Below are positions 45,960 to 52,432 of a DNA stretch of 52,432 nt, one piece after another. The stretch is taken from positions 1 to 52,432 of the forward strand of contig JBBSDW010000004.1 of the NCBI GenBank assembly GCA_038240295.1. Reading direction: 5' to 3'. This DNA is from Candidatus Kapaibacterium sp. (lineage in GTDB: Bacteria > Bacteroidota > Ignavibacteria > Palsa-1295). Every line of letters starts with the position of its first letter. Position 1 is the first letter of the stretch. The notes under the pieces were generated by a model, which saw nothing but the letters and a program-made list of their open reading frames with translations, did not search any database and was not told the DNA's origin. The position numbers were made by a program, and so were the translations under genes.

Positions 45960-48419
45960 TTAAAACTTTGTCGGCTCCGCTTCATGCATCAAGGCGATCG
46001 AGGCTTCGATCACATCGTCCGCCTGCGGTTTTGAGAAATAATCGCCGTCGGAGCCATAGGCTGGACGGTGCGGCTTCGCAGTGATCGTGACGGGCTTTGA
46101 ATCGAGCCAGCGATAGCCATCCTGATTCTCGAGTACTTCGCGGAGCATGTAGGAAGTTGCGCCTCCAGGCACATCTTCATCGAAGAAGATCACACGGTTG
46201 GTACGCTTGAGGGATTCAATGATCGAATGCTTCGTATCAAATGGAAGCAATGACTGCACATCGATCACTTCGAGCGAGATGCCAAGCGTGTCCAATTCTT
46301 TCGCTGCGTCCATCGCAAATCGGCAGCAAGCACCATAGGTCACGATCGTGATATCAGTCCCTGCGCGCAGCACCTCGGGGATCCCGACAGGCACTTTGAA
46401 GTCGCCAATGTTCGACGGGATAACTTCCTTTAAACGGTAGCCGCTCAGTACTTCTACAATAAGTGCTGTATCATCGGAGGCGAGCATCGTATTGTAAAAT
46501 CCTGCGGCCTGCGTCATGTTGCGCGGCACGAGAACGAGCATTCCACGAAGTGCACTTACGATCATCCCCATAGGCGAACCAGAATGCCAGACGCCTTCCA
46601 ATCGGTGGCCGCGCGTGCGCACGATGACCGGCGCTTTTTGGCCGCCCATCGTGCGCCATTGAAGCGTAGCAAGATCATCCGACATCGTCTCGAATGCGTA
46701 GAGCAAATAATCGAGATATTGGATCTCAACAATCGGCCGCAAACCGCGCATTGCCGCGCCGATGCCCTGGCCGAGAATTGTTGCTTCACGGATGCCCGTA
46801 TCGGTAACGCGTAAAAGTCCGTGCTTCGCCTGCAATCCTTCGAATGCAAGATTGACATCACCGATCGTACCAATATCTTCACCGATCGCAAAGACACGCG
46901 GATCGCGTGTGAGCGCCGCATCAAAGCAAGCTTGCAACACCTGACGACCGTCTACCTTCGCAGCATCCATCGAATATGTTGGCTTCACTTCCTCGATGTG
47001 GCGAGCAGCTTCCTTCGACTCGCTATACATGTGGGAGCTATACCGAGCATCATTGAGCGCTCGATTCTCATCTCGCCACTTCGCAAGTTCAAGCGTTGCC
47101 TCGGAATGCGACGCGCCGGTGTGGCGCAAAATTTTATTTACCGCGGCGAAAATATCACGACGTTGAGGTTCTTTGAGTCCCTGGAGTTCGATCGATATCT
47201 TCAGAATCACATCGGACTTTTCACTTGTCTCTGCGATCTTCGCAATGATCGCCGTGACCTGTTCGATCTCCTTTTTGATCGGCGCAAGATATGCCTCCCA
47301 CGCCCTCGACTTCGCTTCATCGACGATCTGCTTATTCTCGGCCTCAATCGATTCCAGCGCCTCATCCGTCGTGACGCCGGATTTGATCATCCAGTCGCGC
47401 ATCAACTTAATGCAGTCGTTCTCCTGCTCCCAGGCCAGTCGCGCTTTGGATTTGTATCGCTCGTGGCTGCCCGACGTCGAATGTCCCTGCGGCTGCGTAA
47501 GCTCTGTGATATGGTAGAGCGCAGGAATGTGATCCTTGCGAGTCCGTTCGACGCCTTCCTGATAAGCCTTACAGAGCGCCGGATAATCCCATCCCTTTAT
47601 GGTATAAAGTTGATAGCCGCCCTGATCGCTCAGTCCAAAACCGGAAAGAATATCCGAGATCGACTGCTTGCAGGTTTGGTATTCGGCGCCGACAGAAATT
47701 CCATAACCATCATCCCAAACGGAGACGACCATCGGGATCTTGAGCACACCCGCAGCATTTACAGCTTCAAAGAATAGCCCCTCCGAAGTACTCGCGTTGC
47801 CGATCGTACCGAAGGCAACCTCATTGCCTCCGTTCGAGAATTGATCGAATTGTTTGAGCTCCGGCAACTCACGAAAAAGCTTCGACGCATAGGCGAGTCC
47901 GACGAGCCGAGGCATCTGCCCCGCAGTGGGAGAAATATCGGCGGATGAATTCTTGATCTCCATCAGGTTTTTCCATGAACCATCCGGATTGAGCGAGCGC
48001 GTTGCAAAGTGACCGTTCATCATTCGCCCGGCGCTTGCAGGCTCCGCATCGACATCGGTATGCGCATAAAGCTGCGCGAAGAATTCCTGAATGCTGGAAG
48101 TGCCGGTCGCGAACATGAAGGTCTGGTCGCGATAATAACCCGCGCGCCAATCGCCTTTCCGGAACGCCTTTGCCATCGCGATCTGCGGGACTTCCTTGCC
48201 ATCACCGAAAATGCCAAACTTCGCTTTGCCCGTAAGCACTTCGCGTCGACCGAGCACGCTCGCCAAACGGCTTTGGTGAGCGATGCGGTAATCCTTCAAG
48301 ATCTCTTCTTTCGCATAGGGAAGTTTTTCCGCATGACCGTTTGAAGCTTCACCATTCGTGGTGGTGAGCTTCTCCTTGATCTTGATCTTCGGCGCTTGCG
48401 CGCGAGTTTTCTCTGGCAT
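45960..48419 (-). CDS. 2-oxoacid dehydrogenase E1, fused alpha/beta (branched-chain type typical of Bacteroidota)
   Basis: GKAKFGIFGDGKE, GYYRD, TPP-site IGNASTSEG, GHSTSGSHERY, DTGIREATI, EIQYLDY, EVIDVQSLLPFD. Confidence 0.93.
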   Translation of the reverse strand: MPEKTRAQAPKIKIKEKLTTTNGEASNGHAEKLPYAKEEILKDYRIAHQSRLASVLGRREVLTGKAKFGIFGDGKEVPQIAMAKAFRKGDWRAGYYRDQTFMFATGTSSIQEFFAQLYAHTDVDAEPASAGRMMNGHFATRSLNPDGSWKNLMEIKNSSADISPTAGQMPRLVGLAYASKLFRELPELKQFDQFSNGGNEVAFGTIGNASTSEGLFFEAVNAAGVLKIPMVVSVWDDGYGISVGAEYQTCKQSISDILSGFGLSDQGGYQLYTIKGWDYPALCKAYQEGVERTRKDHIPALYHITELTQPQGHSTSGSHERYKSKARLAWEQENDCIKLMRDWMIKSGVTTDEALESIEAENKQIVDEAKSRAWEAYLAPIKKEIEQVTAIIAKIAETSEKSDVILKISIELQGLKEPQRRDIFAAVNKILRHTGASHSEATLELAKWRDENRALNDARYSSHMYSESKEAARHIEEVKPTYSMDAAKVDGRQVLQACFDAALTRDPRVFAIGEDIGTIGDVNLAFEGLQAKHGLLRVTDTGIREATILGQGIGAAMRGLRPIVEIQYLDYLLYAFETMSDDLATLQWRTMGGQKAPVIVRTRGHRLEGVWHSGSPMGMIVSALRGMLVLVPRNMTQAAGFYNTMLASDDTALIVEVLSGYRLKEVIPSNIGDFKVPVGIPEVLRAGTDITIVTYGACCRFAMDAAKELDTLGISLEVIDVQSLLPFDTKHSIIESLKRTNRVIFFDEDVPGGATSYMLREVLENQDGYRWLDSKPVTITAKPHRPAYGSDGDYFSKPQADDVIEASIALMHEAEPTKF

Positions 48420-48501
48420 TATGTCGCGGTTCCGGGGCAGATTTCGTTAGAAACCCTATAACACCAAAAAGGAAGTTTTGAGCCGTAGCTCCACCAATCA
48501 G

Positions 48502-48756
48502 GTGGGACACGCTTCAGCTTGTCCCAAACACTTTTTCGTTTGAGTCAATGATGACCAACATGCTCGCTATCTCCTGAAGGTTCTCTTTATTTAAGATTCG
48601 ATGGGGCAAGCTAAAGCGTACCCCACATGTGGGACATGCTTCAGCTTGTCCCAAACACTTTTTCATCTGAGTTGATGATGACCAACATGCTCACGATCTC
48701 CTGAGATGTTCTCTTTATTCGAGATTCGATGGGGCAAGCTAAAGCATACCCCACAT
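48502..48756. repeat. Tandem duplication (48502-48628, 48629-48756) of an inverted REP-pair (REPIN/BIME-like) unit
   Basis: Each unit starts gtgggaca(c/t)gcttcagcttgtccca and ends tggggcaagctaaagc(g/a)taccccac, an imperfect reverse complement; the internal ~75 bp are similar but diverged. Confidence 0.92.
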
Positions 48757-48803
48757 GTGCTTGCGTAACTTTGCCCAATGAACCACGCACCACAGGATCC
48801 TCT

Positions 48804-49973
48804 TTGAAAATTCTCGCCATTACTTCGCGCGTACCATGGCCTTTGGAGAAAGGGGACAAGCTGCGTGCCTATCATCAGTTGCGCGAGTTATCGAAGCAGC
48901 ACGAGATCACCCTTTGCGCTCTGAACGATATCGAGCTTCATCCATCGGCCATTGAGGAGCTAAAGAAGTTTTGTAAAGAGGTCCATGTTTTCCCGCTCTC
49001 AAAAAAAATGATCGCGGGCAATCTGCTATCGGGGCTCCTCTCGAACCTGCCCCTGCAGGTCGCCTATTTTACAAGCCCGCGCATTTCTGTTCAGATCGAT
49101 AGAGTGATCGCAAGCACAAACCCCGATCGGATCTTTTGCCAATTGATCCGCACGGCAGAATATGGCACGCGAGCCCGCATACCCCGCACGCTCGATTACA
49201 TGGATGTCTTCTCCAAAGGCATCGAACGGCGCATCGATAAAGTTGGACCACTCAGAAAATTTCCATTCGAGCTTGAATGGAAACGGCTGCTGAAATATGA
49301 GGCCGAAGTTTTCTCACGGTTTGAGTCGCATACGATCATCTCACAGCAAGACCTTATGCTGCTTCCGGTGGAGCAGAAGGCGCATGTGGCGGTGATCCCG
49401 AATGGTGTGGATACCGCATTCTTCCATCCGATGAATCGTAAGAAGGATTTTCATTTGCTCTTCAATGGCAATATGAATTATCCGCCAAACATCGAAAGCG
49501 CCGCCTACATTGTAGAGAAGATCCTCCCGATCGTTTGGCGATCGAATCCTGAGGTTCGACTTCTCATCTCAGGGGCAACACCTTCTGAGCGAGTGCGAGC
49601 TTTAGCATCTGAGCGCGTGGTTGTAAGTGGCTGGGTCGATGACGTACGCGAAAGTTTCGCCCGTTCGATGATGCTTGTGGCACCGATGCAATCAAGCATC
49701 GGATTGCAGAACAAACTTCTCGAAGCAATGGCGATGGAAGTGACTTGCATCACCTCTACGCTTTCGAACAACGCGATCGGAGCTTTGGATGGCGAAGAAA
49801 TTTTAGTCGCGAACCAACCCGATGAATACGCGGAACAAATTCTCGACCTCCTCGCTCACCCCGAAAAGGCCGCTGCGATTGCAATGCGAGCGAGACTATT
49901 GGTGCTCGATCGATTTAGTTGGGAGCAGACATGTGAATTGCTCGAAAAAGTGATCGAGGGGAAATTCGCGTAG
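48804..49973 (+). CDS. Glycosyltransferase family 4
   Basis: KILAITSRVPWP..KGDKLR, VIPNGVD, GNMNYPPN, APMQ...GLQNKLLEAMAM; TTG start chosen. Confidence 0.9.
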   Translation: MKILAITSRVPWPLEKGDKLRAYHQLRELSKQHEITLCALNDIELHPSAIEELKKFCKEVHVFPLSKKMIAGNLLSGLLSNLPLQVAYFTSPRISVQIDRVIASTNPDRIFCQLIRTAEYGTRARIPRTLDYMDVFSKGIERRIDKVGPLRKFPFELEWKRLLKYEAEVFSRFESHTIISQQDLMLLPVEQKAHVAVIPNGVDTAFFHPMNRKKDFHLLFNGNMNYPPNIESAAYIVEKILPIVWRSNPEVRLLISGATPSERVRALASERVVVSGWVDDVRESFARSMMLVAPMQSSIGLQNKLLEAMAMEVTCITSTLSNNAIGALDGEEILVANQPDEYAEQILDLLAHPEKAAAIAMRARLLVLDRFSWEQTCELLEKVIEGKFA

Positions 49974-50537
49974 GCTACGACTTCCCGGTCGTGAGGTTCC
50001 TGGAGTGAGGCGTGGAAGAATCCCTGCCGATGAGATTTGCGGGTAGAGGCGATAAGGGACCCGAAAGAACTTACCTGAATCGATCGTTACTCGATCTCCA
50101 TTTACATAGCCCTTCGCAAGGAATCTGAAGGTACCACTCATGACCTTTTGGACTGTGTCGATCTGGCTGACATCAACCGAGCCACCGTGGATAGAGTCAA
50201 TCACATAAAAGGCGGTTAGATAGGTGGCAGAGCCCCCATCCTTAGCAGAGAGTGAATATTTACCCGGAGCTGAAAACTGTTGAAGGGTAAGATTGACACT
50301 CTCAGCCCTATTCGCAGCGATGGCATTTACCGTAAGGATGCTATCCTTCGTGGCGAAGGCACAATCGAGCGTCAGAAATCCTGGATCACCTGCGACACTC
50401 AAATCTGGAATCGAATCTCGCTGCCCGGCGACGGTGTAAGCAACATATCCATTGCTGAGCCGCGTCGGAGGTGTAGTTGTACTAGTTTGTGAACAACTGC
50501 AAATCAGAAGAGCAGCGAGAATGAGCAGGTGTTTCAT
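49896..50537 (-). CDS. Hypothetical lipoprotein
   Basis: MKHLLILAALLICSC lipobox; G.V.VSQIDTVQKVMSGTF.F.A......VTIDSGKF beta-rich fold; 3' end overlaps the GT4 gene by 78 bp. Confidence 0.7.
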   Translation of the reverse strand: MKHLLILAALLICSCSQTSTTTPPTRLSNGYVAYTVAGQRDSIPDLSVAGDPGFLTLDCAFATKDSILTVNAIAANRAESVNLTLQQFSAPGKYSLSAKDGGSATYLTAFYVIDSIHGGSVDVSQIDTVQKVMSGTFRFLAKGYVNGDRVTIDSGKFFRVPYRLYPQISSAGILPRLTPGTSRPGSRSLREFPLDHFFEQFTCLLPTKSIEHQ

Positions 50538-50850
50538 CCGTAAATAAAGGACGATAATCCAGAAACATTCGAGCAAAAATGTATGGCGTGGTGCCCTTAC
50601 GGGCACTTAATTGAGATGAGCTGCGTTTTATAGTATCGGATCCTTACCCTTTATGTCGACCCCCATTATTCATGTGAAAGTTGAGCGTCCAAAGTGCAAC
50701 GCTCGGGGTAAGGTACTATTCTGAGAGAATCGAATTATGAATTTAGTTTGCACACATCTCCAGTCAACCCTCCAAAACAGACCAAATTTGGCAGTTGGAG
50801 TGTGCAATTATTAAAAAAGTTTGTACACATCGGGTACCCGAGCGCGGACG

Positions 50851-51396
50851 TTATTCGATGACGATGTCAAAACTACTAAGTAAACCTAAAACGTCCGGCA
50901 GGTTGAATTTCGCTTTGCGGATGATGTTTCGGGTCGGGTCGATCTGATAGCCTTGTGCGTCGGTGAAGTCGGCTTTGGTGAGGATCGTATGTTGGAAGAC
51001 GCAATCTTCGAACGTGCTGCCGGAGAAATCGGAGCCAGTCATGTCGGCTTCCGCAAAATCGACATTCTGCATTCGGCACTTCGAGAATTTCGTCTCGCGA
51101 AGTTTGAGTTGCGCGAAGGAGCAATGCCGGATCACGCACTTGTAGAACGAGACTCGCATCAGCGTTTGCTTCGAAGTGAAGAAGTTGATCCCTTCGAGTT
51201 TCGATTCCTTGAACGCCACTTGCATCAGCGTCCCGTCGATCTTCACCGAACTGATCGCGCAGCCTTCGAAAATGCAATCGACGAATTTCTTATCGCGAAG
51301 ATCGGTGTTAATGAGCGTCAGCCGCTCGAAAGTCTCGCCCTCGTATTCGTCGAGGTCTAGCTCCTGTTCGTAATCGTACTGATTGAGATCTGTCAA
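50851..51396 (-). CDS. Pentapeptide repeat protein
   Basis: Repeated xxF/L pentapeptides (DCIFE, NVDFA, EADMT, GSDFS, GSTFE, DCVFQ, KADFT) and the C-terminal IDPTRN.IRKAKF; start uncertain (51396 or 51459). Confidence 0.88.
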   Translation of the reverse strand: MTDLNQYDYEQELDLDEYEGETFERLTLINTDLRDKKFVDCIFEGCAISSVKIDGTLMQVAFKESKLEGINFFTSKQTLMRVSFYKCVIRHCSFAQLKLRETKFSKCRMQNVDFAEADMTGSDFSGSTFEDCVFQHTILTKADFTDAQGYQIDPTRNIIRKAKFNLPDVLGLLSSFDIVIE

Positions 51397-51503
51397 GGTG
51401 GCAATCTTAGTAAATATTCGTTCAAAAATACCACCGATAGTCGGATCACCAACTTTCAAACAGGATTCGGAACCATAAATCGCCGCGAAAAGCTTTCCCT
51501 AAC

Positions 51504-51701
51504 ATGAACAGTTATGTGATCACGCCAAAGAGTCAGGCCGAACAGAAGGAGTTGAATCGCTTCCTTGCATCTGCGCATCTGGCCGCAAAAGTGCTGAGCG
51601 ATGATGAGAAGGAGGAGATTGGGTTAATGCTCATGATGTCTGACGTGGATCCGAACGATACCGTTTCGGAAGAAGATATCAGAAACCTACGAGCCGAGTG
51701 A
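51504..51701 (+). CDS. Small acidic protein, probable antitoxin
   Basis: 65 aa with LSDDEKEEIGL..MM.DVD...TVSEE; its stop overlaps (GTGA) the start of a RelE-like remnant. Confidence 0.6.
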   Translation: MNSYVITPKSQAEQKELNRFLASAHLAAKVLSDDEKEEIGLMLMMSDVDPNDTVSEEDIRNLRAE

Positions 51702-51805
51702 AGGTTATCTTCACGTCGCGATTCGCAAGCGACCTCCATACCCAATGACCAGTCCGTTAAGCCGTAAATCTCCGCCAGGATCGATGCAATGAAAAAAAGC
51801 ATCTC
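51698..51805 (+). pseudogene. RelE/ParE-like toxin remnant
   Basis: Begins VKVIFTSRFASDL, a typical RelE/ParE start, then stops; fragments NDQSVKP*ISARIDAMKK follow in another frame; the C-terminal half is absent. Confidence 0.5.
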
Positions 51806-51862
51806 TCTGTCGTCAACGAAAGCAAAGCTTACAGAAACAGTTTATGAATTTGTTTACGACGC

Positions 51863-52432
51863 ATGTCCGATAAGCTTCTCTTCAGGATCGTAGCCGGTGT
51901 TTCGATCTTTGTGGTTCTGGTTGTGGTGCTGCTTAACAGCAAGGTGCTTCCTGCTCCGAGCGAACTGCCATCGTTCACTTACTTCCTGCCAAAGCTGAAT
52001 GCGATTCTGAATGGGACGTGCAGCGTGTTGCTGCTCTGTTCGTTATGGGCGATCCGGCAAAAGAAGATCGCGCTCCACAAGAGGTTGAACCTGGTGACTT
52101 TTGGGCTATCGTCTCTTTTTCTGATCTCGTATATCGTCTTTCACTATCTCGCGCACGAGACGAAATTCGGTGACCTGAATGGCGATGGTGTGCTCTCGCA
52201 GTCGGAGATAGCAACTGCCGGTGCCGTGCGGTATATCTATTACGTGATCCTCATCACGCATATCGTCCTTGCGGCTGGAGTGTTGCCGCTGATCCTCGTT
52301 AGTTTCTATCGGGGCCTGCAGATGCAAGTCCTGAAGCATCGCCGCATTGTGAAATGGGCGTTCCCGATCTGGCTTTATGTTACGGTGACAGGAGTCATCG
52401 TCTATGTGATGATCTCCCCGTACTATCGCTGG
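51863..52432 (+). CDS. DUF420 family membrane protein (3' partial)
   Basis: Manual translation (absent from the ORF track): MSDKLLFRIV...LPKLNAILNG...HKRLN...LFLISYIVFH...YYVILITHIVLA...HRRIVKWAFPIWLYVTVTGVIVY; frame is open to the window end. Confidence 0.9.
   Translation, partial: MSDKLLFRIVAGVSIFVVLVVVLLNSKVLPAPSELPSFTYFLPKLNAILNGTCSVLLLCSLWAIRQKKIALHKRLNLVTFGLSSLFLISYIVFHYLAHETKFGDLNGDGVLSQSEIATAGAVRYIYYVILITHIVLAAGVLPLILVSFYRGLQMQVLKHRRIVKWAFPIWLYVTVTGVIVYVMISPYYRW

Noticed and set aside
48502-48756. Possible CRISPR mini-array
   Set aside because: The repeats alternate in orientation and the 'spacers' are homologous to each other, which fits REP pairs.
50851-51396. Qnr/MfpA quinolone-resistance call
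   Set aside because: Pentapeptide repeats alone do not establish this function, and there is no mobile context or recognisable Qnr-specific loops.

Overview
A 52.4 kb bacterial chromosomal window from an FCB-group organism. T9SS C-terminal sorting domains, porX-tsaE linkage and a fused E1 alpha/beta dehydrogenase fit a Bacteroidota/Ignavibacteria/Kapabacteria-like host; this taxonomy is inference. From left to right it holds: (1) a partial T9SS cargo gene, a lipoprotein, a duplicated composite hairpin/heptamer repeat and porX-tsaE-tsaB; (2) a DUF1573-diheme cytochrome c fusion and two outer-membrane proteins; (3) a 1 kb non-coding stretch with a candidate multi-branched ncRNA; (4) a 12.6 kb surface module (PD40/double-OmpA protein, two ~1400 aa IgGFc-binding/Ig/cohesin-like T9SS cargo paralogs and a small beta-barrel) with long structured leaders; (5) tal and pgi; (6) a ~15.5 kb, 12-gene, largely translationally coupled minus-strand catabolic operon of unknown substrate; (7) lpdA, lipB and the fused E1 gene, interspersed with decayed toxin-antitoxin genes and REP-pair repeats; (8) a GT4 glycosyltransferase, a lipoprotein, a pentapeptide-repeat protein and a partial DUF420 gene. 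No rRNA, tRNA, CRISPR array, integrase or transposase was recognised. The best candidates for undescribed biology are the catabolic operon, the structured RNA at ~8.7-9.0 kb and the OmpA/cargo/barrel surface module. All family assignments come from reading motifs by eye, not from database searches.
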